Shown: positions 10,264 to 19,826 of the stretch, piece after piece
How positions within the stretch are numbered: position 1 is the stretch's first letter
Layout of the letters: every line of letters begins with the position of its first letter
Assembly: GCA_963797095.1 (NCBI GenBank)
Contig: CAWCNY010000006.1
Span: 192,001 to 256,000, forward strand
DNA: 64,000 nucleotides
Reading direction: 5' to 3'
From: an uncultured Chloroflexia bacterium
Lineage (GTDB): Bacteria > Chloroflexota > Chloroflexia > QHBQ01 > JADMIH01
The notes under the pieces: generated by a model
Seen by the model: the letters and a program-made list of their open reading frames with translations, nothing else
Databases searched by the model: none
What the model was told of the DNA's origin: nothing
Translations under genes and position numbers: made by a program

Positions 10264-11304
10264 ATGAACAAGATGATAGAAAATCATAAACCCCCTACCA
10301 GTGCTGATGTCGCTCGCTTGGCAGGTGTTTCTCGAACAACGGTCTCTTATGTGCTGAATGACACACCCAACTTGAGCTTGAAACAGGAGACTCGAGAACG
10401 TGTGCTGGCGGCTGCGAGGGCGCTGAATTACCAGCTGCAGCCGGCGGCACGGGCTTTGCGCAAAGGCCAGAGCGATGACATATATTTCGTAGTGGATCGC
10501 CCGCTTACGCTCTATTTCAGAGACCTGATCCGGTCTTATCATCGCCGAGCCAGGGAACTGGGATACAACCTGATCGTGTGCTTCAACGATGATATTTCCC
10601 CGGAGACCAGGCGGAATTTTCTGCTGCGCCTCTTTTCCAACCGTCCGGCAGGCGTTATCACCTCTGGATACACAATCTCTCAGGAGATAATTGACCTGGC
10701 CAAGAGCAAAGGCTCCGGACCTCTTATCGCCCTGGGGACGGTACAGCCAGACGACGGGCACTCATATAACCAGCTTATATGTGATGGTACAACGCTGGCA
10801 ATCGAGCACCTGCTAGAGCGCGGACATCGAGCTATTGGTGTGATAGCCCCTCAACCAAGTTACCTGGCGACACTTGTAGAGACTCGGGTTAGCGCAGCGC
10901 GAGAGGCCCTGGATACTCTGGGAATAGGAGAGATCTGCATCTTGTCTGCAGCCTCATCTGCGCTCGATGACGTTCGGTGGGTCGCGCAGGAGTTGCGTGA
11001 TAATCCTTCACGCCCAAGCGCTATATTTGGTTTCAATGACGAGTACTGTTTCCCAATGCTGAGGGCTTTGCACGAACAAGGTTTTCGAGTGCCGCAAGAT
11101 ATAGCTCTCATCGGCACCGATGACCTCGATTTTGGCCAGATTACCATGCCGAGCCTGACCACAGTGAGCTATGATATCCAGGCAATCGGCGCACGAACCA
11201 TCGACCTGATCGATGCTCGTCTGCGCTCGGGTGACGATGTCTCGACTGCTCTCCCGTTCCCTCCGTTGCCACCTCCAAGGCTTATCGTTCGCGAGTCCAC
11301 CTAG
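10264..11304 (+). CDS. LacI-family transcriptional regulator
   Basis: TSADVARLAGVSRTTVSYVLN HTH, AARALRKG hinge, VPQDIALIGTDD...PSLTTV...LIVREST. Confidence 0.95.
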   Translation: MNKMIENHKPPTSADVARLAGVSRTTVSYVLNDTPNLSLKQETRERVLAAARALNYQLQPAARALRKGQSDDIYFVVDRPLTLYFRDLIRSYHRRARELGYNLIVCFNDDISPETRRNFLLRLFSNRPAGVITSGYTISQEIIDLAKSKGSGPLIALGTVQPDDGHSYNQLICDGTTLAIEHLLERGHRAIGVIAPQPSYLATLVETRVSAAREALDTLGIGEICILSAASSALDDVRWVAQELRDNPSRPSAIFGFNDEYCFPMLRALHEQGFRVPQDIALIGTDDLDFGQITMPSLTTVSYDIQAIGARTIDLIDARLRSGDDVSTALPFPPLPPPRLIVREST

Positions 11305-11699
11305 GTGGTGAGTAGGCTTCCGGCCTACGATTGGGCGGAAGGAACAGATAGGAGGCTATTGGAGGAAGTGTCAGGAGTGGGAGCACAGGGTTCCCTGTCG
11401 GCACCCCTCATGCCTTGCTTATGGGTTACCCACGCTGTTAGGCGGCCACCAGCATGTCTTGCAGGGCACCAAATCGCTGCCGAAACATGCAGCGCTGTAC
11501 GGCCGGTATGGTTTCCTTTTCCTCTTGACCTTGATGTAAATGCCAGTCGGAAGCGGCGCTTACCCACGGTTTCCCGAAGGTGCTCGATCCGCATCCGCTG
11601 GGCCAAACCCGGCATGTACCTTTCGGTTTTCCAGGCTCTCACCTCAACCATCAGAGCATGCTTCATGCGCGCTGTGCAACCTCATACTCGCCCCCTCCA

Positions 11700-12678
11700 T
11701 TCCGAATCCACCGCTCAGCGACGGCACTCGCCCGAGGCGCTCGATAGGGCGTTCGGATAATCTCCACCCTTCTCACACAAAGAGTGTGTCGAATCTCACT
11801 GTGAATATCGCGTCCCGGTCTCTGATCAAGAAACATATCCGCTTCTTCTCGTCTTGCAAGGTCCAGGTTAGCTGCCGTGCCTGTTGAGTGACCCAGACTG
11901 CTGTAGGATGTGACGTGCAGCCGGTGAAGTGTACACGCCTGCTACCTAGCTCGATGAAAAAGAACAAGTAAATGGTCCTCAACCAAGCTGTTTCTACCGT
12001 GAAGAAGTCACAAGCCAGCATTTGCTGCCTATAGTGTCCGACGAACATGCGCCAACTGTGCTGCCTTGCTTAGCTCGCTGAGGAACAGGTGGCACTTGAT
12101 GGCGTTTGAGGATATCCCTAATCGTTGAGCGCCCGACGGTGTAGCCGAGTTTGAGCAACTCGCCTTGCAACTTGCCGTAGCCCCAGGGTGGATTCTTGAG
12201 TCAGCCGCAGTAGTAACGCTACAAGTTCAGGATCAGTACTTGGTCGACTGCCGGTTCGTCTCCTGGTAAAGATCCATTTGCGACGAACGAGATCACGGCG
12301 CCATTTGAGAACGGTGTCCGGCTTGAACAAACGCAGCACTTCGTCCAACCTCGTTTTGCTATCACGATAAGGAAGGTGAGTTAGGCGGCAAGAACAGCGA
12401 GACCAAGCTTCTCCCAACGCGAGATGCGCAGTGTGGCAGGATGGTGACGTTGTAAGGTGCTTAGCTGCTGGCGGAGCAGCAGTGTTTCGAGATGCTTCTG
12501 CCGATCAGTACGAGTGCGGCTAACGAAGTAGTCGAGAAGTAAGGAAAAGCGTCGCGCGACAATGAAGTAGAACATGAACTCGAGCACTGCATGTAACATG
12601 CCGAGGAGCTGTGCAATCGAGGAGAAAACGATCCAGGAGTGCTTTCTGCGACTTCAGATAGGGTTTCCGCACTATACA
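11700..12678 (-). mobile_element. Integrase-core (IS3/IS481-like) transposase pseudogene
   Basis: LLRQQLSTLQR, FKPDTVLKWRRDLVRRKW, WGYGKLQGELLKLG, ACDFFTVET, LIRDRD, PYRAPRASAVAERWIR with internal stops and frameshifts. TGTATAGTGCGGAAA terminus at 12678. Confidence 0.8.
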
Positions 12679-12679
12679 G

Positions 12680-14509
12680 GATACCGCTGGCGAACCCTGG
12701 CTCAGAGGCTTGCAGTCGTAGCGACACGTCGAAATGTCTGTCTGCTGGCTAATCGCGCAAATGCTGATATGCGCGTACGAGCTACTTCCCGCCCCTCTAA
12801 CCACTCCACCAAGCGCACCAGATTTATCCCTACCGCTATCAGGATGTGCTGTAGTGCTGTCTTTGCTATCCCGATATACCGACTTTGCCGCAACCCTCCA
12901 AGGCGCACTCCTTGACTTAGCGTTCCTTCTACACCCGACCGCCGCTTGTACTCCTCCTTGAATTGAGTGCTCTGCTGTTCCACCCTCTGTGCTAGCATCG
13001 CCATATGCTCTACTTTTGGTCGCAACGTCAGCGCCCTCCCTGCTCGCGGCGATTTGGTACACTCCTCCCGTACCAGGCAACCCCGACACGTTGCCCGCGC
13101 AAACGCCACATGGATCGCCTCCTTTCCGTACCCGGTATGCGTTGGCGTCCACACGCTGCTTTGCTGCCCGGCAGGGCACCTTACCTTCTGTGCCTCCCAA
13201 TCCACCGCAAAACAGCCCGCCGCATACCCTTTACCGGCTTGCGCTTGCCAACTACTGTCATCAGGTAGCGGTCCCACTAATCGCACCTCGTACTGCTCCT
13301 TACTGGCTACTAATCGGGCAGAGTCGACGTAGCCAGCATCAACCAGGTGTTCAGTTGGTAACAGATCGCGTTCTTTCAGCGCCTGGTGGATCGGTTCTAA
13401 TGATGCCTCATCCGTGGCGGTGGCCGAGGTGGTTTCTACGTGGGTGATCAGATGGGGTGTATCATCATCACAAGTCTCGGTGATATGAACCTTATAGCCA
13501 ACCCAACGCTTTTCCCGTTTGTTGCCGGTGCGGGCCTCAACATCATAAGGCGAGACAATCAACAAACCGGCAGGGGGTAGGTCATCCACTTCCCGCCAAC
13601 GCACGATTCCATCCTTGTCTGGAGCATGGAATTGCTGCAACCAAACCGCTCGCAAAACCTCTACCTGGGGCAGCCATCGTAAGCCCCTCGGCGCCCCTTC
13701 AGCATAGATCGCACTCAGCAAGCGTACCCCATCAGCACCGATTATGGTGGCCATCGCTCTTCTGGCTTCTTTGCCTTTTGGTAGGTGATAGTCACTGGCG
13801 CGATGGCTGTAGCGCTCGACCCACTCGGGCTCGATAAGGGGGCCAAGCCAGTGGGGGTCTGCCTCTGCCAACTCATTGAGAGCTGAGCGCATGGTTTCAA
13901 CACAATTGACCAGACGGCCCACCGATCGTACCGCCGCTAGTACGTGAGTGGAGTCAGTGCGAGCACGCCCCCTTGCTTTGAGTAATCCTCGATCTTGTAG
14001 CGCTTCGAGCAGGGTATCAAGCAAGCGCATTTCGAGGCCACCAGCGATTAGGCGGGTGCGAAACTCGGACAAAACAGAGCTATCAAAGCCAGGATGGTGC
14101 AGCGGAAGGGCAAGAGCATATTTCCAAGCGAGGTGTCCGCGCACGGCGTCGGCGGCTTGTTCATCGCTCAGACCTTCCATGAACTGGAAGACAGTGACGA
14201 GGGCGAGGCGAGCGGGATCAAGGGCGGGCTGGCCAGTAGTCGAGAAGAGAGATGCAAACTGAGAATTAGCATAGAGCAAGCTGAACTCATCGGCGATGCG
14301 CATCAAGGGATGGCCTTTAGGGAAGGAAGCACGAGCAGCTTGCTCGGTATCTTGGGGAATGAAGTAGACGACAGGCGAGCGCAGGGACATGGGTGAACTC
14401 CTAATGTTGTGAAGGCAAGGGTCGGCTGACCGATATTACTCCAAACAGCTCGGTTTGCCAAGCACTCTGTGGCTAGGATTGCTCTCAGTGAGGGTTCGCC
14501 AGCGGTATC
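12680..14509 (-). mobile_element. Intact IS1182-family element
   Basis: Perfect 19-bp TIR GATACCGCTGGCGAACCCT (12680-12698 / 14491-14509), flanking direct repeat TATACAG (12673-12679 / 14510-14516). Confidence 0.92.
12702..14390 (-). CDS. IS1182-family transposase
   Basis: GQPALDPARLALVTVFQFMEGLSD, RTDSTHV, GYKVHITETCD, HLVDAGY, YKRRSGVEGTLSQ. Confidence 0.92.
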   Translation of the reverse strand: MSLRSPVVYFIPQDTEQAARASFPKGHPLMRIADEFSLLYANSQFASLFSTTGQPALDPARLALVTVFQFMEGLSDEQAADAVRGHLAWKYALALPLHHPGFDSSVLSEFRTRLIAGGLEMRLLDTLLEALQDRGLLKARGRARTDSTHVLAAVRSVGRLVNCVETMRSALNELAEADPHWLGPLIEPEWVERYSHRASDYHLPKGKEARRAMATIIGADGVRLLSAIYAEGAPRGLRWLPQVEVLRAVWLQQFHAPDKDGIVRWREVDDLPPAGLLIVSPYDVEARTGNKREKRWVGYKVHITETCDDDTPHLITHVETTSATATDEASLEPIHQALKERDLLPTEHLVDAGYVDSARLVASKEQYEVRLVGPLPDDSSWQAQAGKGYAAGCFAVDWEAQKVRCPAGQQSSVWTPTHTGYGKEAIHVAFARATCRGCLVREECTKSPRAGRALTLRPKVEHMAMLAQRVEQQSTQFKEEYKRRSGVEGTLSQGVRLGGLRQSRYIGIAKTALQHILIAVGINLVRLVEWLEGREVARTRISAFARLASRQTFRRVATTASL

Positions 14510-14516
14510 TATACAG

Positions 14517-14740
14517 GTGAGTTCTTCGACTACTGGCAGAAGCACGGCGGTCTAGCTCAACAAGGTTATCCGATCTCGGACGAGTTTCAGGAGGTGTCGC
14601 CGCTCGACGGCAAGATTTACACAGTACAATACTTCGAGCGTGCTGTGTTCGAGGCTCATCCGGAGAATCAATCTCCCTATAATGTGCTCTTGAGCCAGTT
14701 GGGCACCTTCCGCTACAAAGAAACCTATCAGAAACCCTGA
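14517..14740 (+). pseudogene. C-terminal FPETG-repeat module remnant
   Basis: GEFFDYWQKHGGLAQQGYPISDEFQE...YTVQYFERAVFEAHPEN...VLLSQLG...KP-stop. The 5' part is replaced by IS sequence. Confidence 0.75.
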
Positions 14741-14759
14741 CTCAATTAGAATCTCCGGG

Positions 14760-15085
14760 CACAAGAATCCGACTGGAGTTGTCAACTGTGCGTACAGTGC
14801 CGCCGTGAACAACACAGGTGCCGAGATAAGCCCCGGCACCGGCCCTGCCAATGCGGGCACGCTCACGATCAACTGCCCATATACACAGAGCGGCGACGGC
14901 TCGATAAGGCTCGAGCTTGGCGGCTCCACGCCCGGCTCGGGCTACGATCAGGTGGTGGTGAATGGAGCGGCCACGTTGGGAGGGGCCCTTAGCGTTACCG
15001 CTATCCACGGCTTCACCCCTCCCGTCAACAGCCACTTCAACGTCATGACCTACCAGTCTCATACGGGTAGCTTCGCCAGCATGTC
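14760..15085 (+). pseudogene. Autotransporter-passenger-like beta-helix cap fragment
   Basis: ISPGT...AGTLTIN..YTQ...IRLELGGSTPGSGYDQVVVNGAATLGGALSV...GFTP...F.VMTY.S.TGSF, truncated at both ends. Confidence 0.65.
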
Positions 15086-15369
15086 GAGGCCTAACTGGAG
15101 TTCTTTTGCACCGTGTGACAGTAATTGGTTGCCCAGAGTGAATCTTATGTTTGGCCCATCAAGCCATAGAACGCCAGGATCAAACGGTGCTTCCAGGGTC
15201 TGCTTCATTAGCAAGTGTGGCTGCATAATGAGCAAGAGTGGCTGCATAATGCTCGACTTACCAGAACTGTTCGCACCAGCGAGGATTGTAAGCGGTTTTA
15301 CTTGGATGCTCTGCTCTTTGGGTATTGATTTGTATCCACCTACCCGATGCGGTTCATGCCCGCTCTCAT
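15085..15369 (-). pseudogene. ABC/AAA ATPase, N-terminal part (frameshifted)
   Basis: Manual translation: GGYKSI...SIQVKPLTILAGANSSGKSSIMQPLLL[IMQPHLL]MKQTLEAPFDPG.L.LDGPNIRFT, with Walker A GANSSGKS. Confidence 0.8.
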
Positions 15370-15497
15370 GTTTTCAGGCGAATTCGACCCGTTTGTATGC
15401 CGATGGTTCCTGGTAGCCATAATGCATTGAACCTGTTTGGGATCCCGTCCGATAAAGTCGATACTTCTGATAGGATTGTATCAGTTTTATAGCCTCC

Positions 15498-15549
15498 ATA
15501 CAACGAACAAGGGTCAGACCAACATGAGTCTGGCCCTTGTTCGTTGTAT
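15498..15549 (-). terminator. Long hairpin downstream of the E1 gene
   Basis: ATACAACGAACAAGGGTCAGAC / GTCTGGCCCTTGTTCGTTGTAT, 22-bp stem with one non-Watson-Crick position. Confidence 0.65.
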
Positions 15550-15559
15550 ACTTCGTGTC

Positions 15560-17851
15560 TTACCGCAATATCCGCATGGTCTCGGCTACGACGCTGTCGG
15601 GGGAGGGCATTACTGCTTTTTCGCCAGCGGGGCCGTAGGATACGCGGGTGAACTTGGGGTTGACGCGGCCGATGGGACCGTGGAGGTGGTGCCACCAGTC
15701 GGAGGCTGCTTCGGAGGCTACCGAGGAGCCGAAGCCGCCCATGGCGCGGTCTTCGTCGGCTATGAGGAGATGGCCCGTCTTGATGATCGACCGGCGGATG
15801 GTCTCGCGGTCGTAGCCTGCGTCTACCGTGCGAAGGTCGATCACCTCGGCGCTGATGCCGTACTGCCTCTCAAGGGTCTCGGCCGCGACCATCGTGCGCG
15901 GCCAGAGGTTGCCGTAGGTGACGATGGTGATGTCGGTGCCCTGGCGAGCCACCCGGGCCGTGCCGAGGGGTACGCGATAGTCGGGGCCGGGGTAGTAGGA
16001 GCGCGAGGGCTTGGCTTCGTAGAGCGATTTAGGCTCTAGGAAGACGACCGGGTCGCCTGAGATGAGGGCTTCGCGCAGGAGGCCGACGGCGTCGGAGCCT
16101 AGCGAGGGGACGACTATGCGGAGGCCGGGGTAGTGGGCAATGGGGCCGACGGCGGCCTCGGAGTGCCAGATCGCGCCAGCGCCGCCGAGGTAGTCGCCGT
16201 AGGCCACGCGGATAACCATCGGGCAGGCGAAGATGCCGTTGGAGCGCCACCTGAGGGTAGCGATCTCGTCAACAAGCTGCTGCCAGCCGGGGTGAATGTA
16301 GTCGCGGAACTGCACCTCAACGAGAGGAAGGTAGCCTGCCAGCGAATAGCCCATGGCGGTGCCGAGGATGGTGGCTTCGGCTAGAGCGGAGTTCCACACG
16401 CGGTCGGGGAAGGCCTTGCCGACGCCCCTGGTGACGTGGAACACGCCGCCCTTGCCCTTGAGCTTGCCGGTGGGGTCTGGAACCGGGTAATCGGCCACGT
16501 CTTCGCCGAAGATGACGATGCGCTCGTCCTTCTCCATCTCCTCCATGATGGCCCTGGTGATCAGGTCGCGCATGGGGATAGGCTCGGTGCTGGTGTCCTC
16601 TTTGAGGAGGTTGGCTTCGCCCTCGACGAAGCGGGCCACGCGCAGGTCGTAGGGGGTGGAAGTGACGTGCCACTTGATGGTGTCAGGGTCGAGCTTTGGC
16701 TCGGCAACCGCTACCTCGGAGGCTTTGCGGATCTCGCCGACCACCAGCGCGTCGAGCGCCTTGAGCTTATCTTCGTCCACGCCGTTGTCGGTGAGGAGGG
16801 ACTTCATGCTGACCAGGGGGTCGCGGAGGGACTCGGCCGCGAGGTCCTCGGCACTCCTGTAATAGGCCTGGGTGTCGGCTGAGGAGTGGCTGAGAGGGCG
16901 TGTGACGTGGGCGTGGATCAGGACGGGGCCTTTGCCTGCGCGGAGGTGCTCGGCGGCTTTTCGGGCGGTTCTGAAGGCCTCCAGGAAGTTGGTACCGTCG
17001 ATCTCCATCACTTCGAGGTGATTGTCGGGGCCGATATGCGAGTAGCGGCTGTAGAGCCTGGCCGCGTTGCCGCCGGGGATGTTCACGCTGACGGGGGTGG
17101 AAATGGCCCATTCGTCGTCTTCGACCACGAAGAGGATAGGGGCCATGAAGCGGACGGCATCGCGGACCGCCTCTTCGACCTCGCCTTCGGAGGTGGTGCC
17201 GTCACCGACGGAGGTATAGACGAAAGCGTCGTCTTTGCCTGCCCTGGCGCTCAGGCTGAATTTCTTGCCAAGCTTCTTCTCCAGCTTCAGGCCCTCGGCA
17301 TAGCCGGAGGCAGGAAGGCATTGCGAGCCGGTCATGGTGGAGCCGGTAGGGAAGTTGAAATCGACGGAGCCGAAGTGGCTGGACATCTGGCGGCCACCGG
17401 ACATGGGGTCGTAGCGGGAGGCTACGCTCTGGCGGGTGATGTCTTCCATGCGGATGCCGGACCAGAGGGCAAGGGCCTGGTCGCGGTAGTAGGGGAGCTT
17501 GGCGTCGTCGGAGCGCATGTGGTGGGCGATGGCGACGTTGATCGCCTCTTTGCCTGCGCCCGCGATGGAGAACCAGAGGTTGCCGGTGCGCTGGAGGAGG
17601 CCCTGCATGTGGTCGATCTCGCGGGAGGTGCGCATGGCGGCGTACATCGCCAGTAGATCATGGACTGAGAGACCTTCGAGGTCTTTGCGCTTTTTGTCGC
17701 GACCTTTGGGTTGGTCGCCGAAAATCTGATTTACCAGATTGTAATAATAAGCTCGGCGCTCAATGAGAAGTTCTTCGGGGTTGGCTGCCCGGGTGCCGGC
17801 GTCACCACCCTGCTCCTTTGTCTGGCGAGTATCTGTTTTGTAATCAATCAA
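15560..17851 (-). CDS. Fused alpha/beta E1 component of a 2-oxoacid (probably branched-chain) dehydrogenase
   Basis: PYYRD, GGRQMSSHF, TPP motif GDGTTSEG, HSSADTQAYYR, then beta subunit IFGEDVA...GGVF, EVQFRDY, WHSEA, FLEPKSLY. Probable TTG start at 17851 after GGAGG. Confidence 0.92.
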   Translation of the reverse strand: MIDYKTDTRQTKEQGGDAGTRAANPEELLIERRAYYYNLVNQIFGDQPKGRDKKRKDLEGLSVHDLLAMYAAMRTSREIDHMQGLLQRTGNLWFSIAGAGKEAINVAIAHHMRSDDAKLPYYRDQALALWSGIRMEDITRQSVASRYDPMSGGRQMSSHFGSVDFNFPTGSTMTGSQCLPASGYAEGLKLEKKLGKKFSLSARAGKDDAFVYTSVGDGTTSEGEVEEAVRDAVRFMAPILFVVEDDEWAISTPVSVNIPGGNAARLYSRYSHIGPDNHLEVMEIDGTNFLEAFRTARKAAEHLRAGKGPVLIHAHVTRPLSHSSADTQAYYRSAEDLAAESLRDPLVSMKSLLTDNGVDEDKLKALDALVVGEIRKASEVAVAEPKLDPDTIKWHVTSTPYDLRVARFVEGEANLLKEDTSTEPIPMRDLITRAIMEEMEKDERIVIFGEDVADYPVPDPTGKLKGKGGVFHVTRGVGKAFPDRVWNSALAEATILGTAMGYSLAGYLPLVEVQFRDYIHPGWQQLVDEIATLRWRSNGIFACPMVIRVAYGDYLGGAGAIWHSEAAVGPIAHYPGLRIVVPSLGSDAVGLLREALISGDPVVFLEPKSLYEAKPSRSYYPGPDYRVPLGTARVARQGTDITIVTYGNLWPRTMVAAETLERQYGISAEVIDLRTVDAGYDRETIRRSIIKTGHLLIADEDRAMGGFGSSVASEAASDWWHHLHGPIGRVNPKFTRVSYGPAGEKAVMPSPDSVVAETMRILR

Positions 17852-18015
17852 TGAAATGCCTCCATCAGCCTGGATTATGGCTGGTGGAGGCGGCAAAGGA
17901 CGCTATACGAGACGTGACTCTATAGGGACAACGACCCTTTAACCGGCACCAGCCTGATGGGAACTGTACCTGGTATGTTGTGCCTGTCAATGACGCCGTT
18001 GTCACCGCAACTGTG
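17852..18015 (-). promoter_or_regulatory. Structured 5' leader of the E1 gene with an SD-sequestering hairpin
   Basis: GCCTCCACCAGCC/GGCTGATGGAGGC hairpin (17858-17891) includes the GGAGG. A long upstream stem spans 17927-18003. TATAAT lies at 18021-18026 (minus). Confidence 0.5.
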
Positions 18016-18063
18016 CTCTTATTATAGCGCATTAGATGGGGTGCGCGTCAAGATGCAAATCTA

Positions 18064-18092
18064 TTGACAAACTATGCCTACGGTGGTAACGT
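18064..18092 (+). promoter_or_regulatory. Putative sigma70 promoter of the DUF5995 gene
   Basis: TTGACA-17 bp-TAACGT with TGn extension. Confidence 0.5.
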
Positions 18093-18179
18093 AGCTACAC
18101 AGTTGGCCCTTATGTGGGGTTTTCAGCGTTGCATTCTCAAAGCCTCTCTCTGTGCAAGCCAAAACGATTGGAGCCGGCC

Positions 18180-19739
18180 ATGATCGAGAGCTTAATAGCG
18201 AGTGACTTTGAGCTTAATACACTCGATGATGTAGTCTCTTGCTTTAGCACTCTGGAGCGGAAGTTCAATGAGAAGCAAGATAAGCGCGCTATTTTCACAA
18301 CTGCTTACCTTACGATAACCAGGGCTATGAAAGAGGCGATAGAGGCGAGGCGCTTTGGAGATGATGAGTGGGTGGATATCTATCTCCGGAGTTTTGCGCG
18401 CCTGTATATGGAGGCTCTGCGCGCCTATGAAGAGGGGAACATGGAGCGTGTGCCTCGGGCCTGGCGGGTGGCTTTCGACCTCGCGGCGGCGCGCGAAGGG
18501 CTGGTTATCCAGCATCTCGTACTTGGTATCAATGCTCATGTGAATCACGATCTGCCATTCGCGCTGGTCAATGCGGGTATTGATCCGGATCGTCCCAGGC
18601 GGTATGACGACCATACCTCTGTGAACCTGGTGCTGGGTGCCACGCTCGATGCGCTGCAAGACCATGTGGAGCGGCTTTATTCACCTGTGCTGAGGCTGTT
18701 CGATAATATATTGGGCAGGTGGGACGACGAGTTCTCGTTTATGATGGTGAGGAACGCGCGCGAAAATGCGTGGCAGGCCTGCTTGCAATTGGTGGGGGCG
18801 CAGAGTGATGATGAGCGTGAGGTGGCGAGGCAGCAGGTGAACGAGGCTTCCGGCGCGCTGGCTGAAATGATAGTGCGTCCATTAAGTAACGTCAGCACTC
18901 TGTTTAAGTCCCTGTGCTCCCTGGAAGATCATAGTCCGGTCGGGCTGCTTATGCGGCTGCCTAAGCCGGATGAACACACCTATGCGGAGGAGGACTTGCT
19001 GCCGTCGCTCGACAGGCTTCATGAACGACTGGATGAGGTGATCGAGAAGTACGATGGGGCGGGCAGCGAAATGGCCGTATTTCCTACTTTCTACAGGATG
19101 TGGCTGCACATGCTTTCCTCCGCAGTGAAGGAAGGTATGTTTGCAGATCCTGAATGGATAATTCAGCTGGAGCTTTGGTGTGCGAGTAGCTATTTGCGCG
19201 CGCTCTCGGATTTCGATAGCGGAGAGGTATATGAGATACCGCACGGTTGGGTGTTGGCCCTTTATGCCGCTTATGACGCAGAGGCCACGATCCCGCAGCA
19301 TTTGATGCTTTCGATCAATGCCCGCATGAACCACGATGTACCGCTGCTCATGCGGTCGGGGGCGATTGCTATGCGTGGGGATAGAGAGCGCCATGGCGAC
19401 TTTGAGGGGTGGCGGCGACTTTACGATACAACGATCGAGTACATGGGGGCCAACCTGGTGCGGAAGTACAGGCAAGCGGCTGAACTGCTTGATATGAGTG
19501 TTGAGTTCCCGGAAAGATTGCTCGACCTGGATTTTCTTGAGGACGTCGAGTTCATAGCCTCAGCGGAAGCGGGCCTATCTGAGAAACGTGAGGATGGGGG
19601 TGTGGAGGAAATCGCCATAGGCGCGGCGGTGCGTGCCCATGAGATCCTGACGCGCCAGCATATCAGCTCGCCGGAGCTCACGGTGGCACTCAAGAAGATA
19701 GAGGCACAGTACGCAGGCAAATGGTCGGATTGGATTTAA
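18180..19739 (+). CDS. Tandem DUF5995-like protein
   Basis: Two homologous halves: F...Y..IT...F.D.EW...FA.LY...P.AW...QHLVLGINAHVNHDLP and QHLMLSINARMNHDVP. GGAG RBS before ATG 18180. Confidence 0.75.
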   Translation: MIESLIASDFELNTLDDVVSCFSTLERKFNEKQDKRAIFTTAYLTITRAMKEAIEARRFGDDEWVDIYLRSFARLYMEALRAYEEGNMERVPRAWRVAFDLAAAREGLVIQHLVLGINAHVNHDLPFALVNAGIDPDRPRRYDDHTSVNLVLGATLDALQDHVERLYSPVLRLFDNILGRWDDEFSFMMVRNARENAWQACLQLVGAQSDDEREVARQQVNEASGALAEMIVRPLSNVSTLFKSLCSLEDHSPVGLLMRLPKPDEHTYAEEDLLPSLDRLHERLDEVIEKYDGAGSEMAVFPTFYRMWLHMLSSAVKEGMFADPEWIIQLELWCASSYLRALSDFDSGEVYEIPHGWVLALYAAYDAEATIPQHLMLSINARMNHDVPLLMRSGAIAMRGDRERHGDFEGWRRLYDTTIEYMGANLVRKYRQAAELLDMSVEFPERLLDLDFLEDVEFIASAEAGLSEKREDGGVEEIAIGAAVRAHEILTRQHISSPELTVALKKIEAQYAGKWSDWI

Positions 19740-19826
19740 TGCACTGAGTTATCCCCTACTTCCTAGCCCGGCTCAGGCGCACATATTTGCACACATGTTT
19801 AGCTTTTAACATAGGAGGTAACTTGA

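Noticed and set aside
11325-11700. Short ORFs between LacI and the IS remnant
   Set aside because: No recognisable motif or RBS. Probably decayed sequence.
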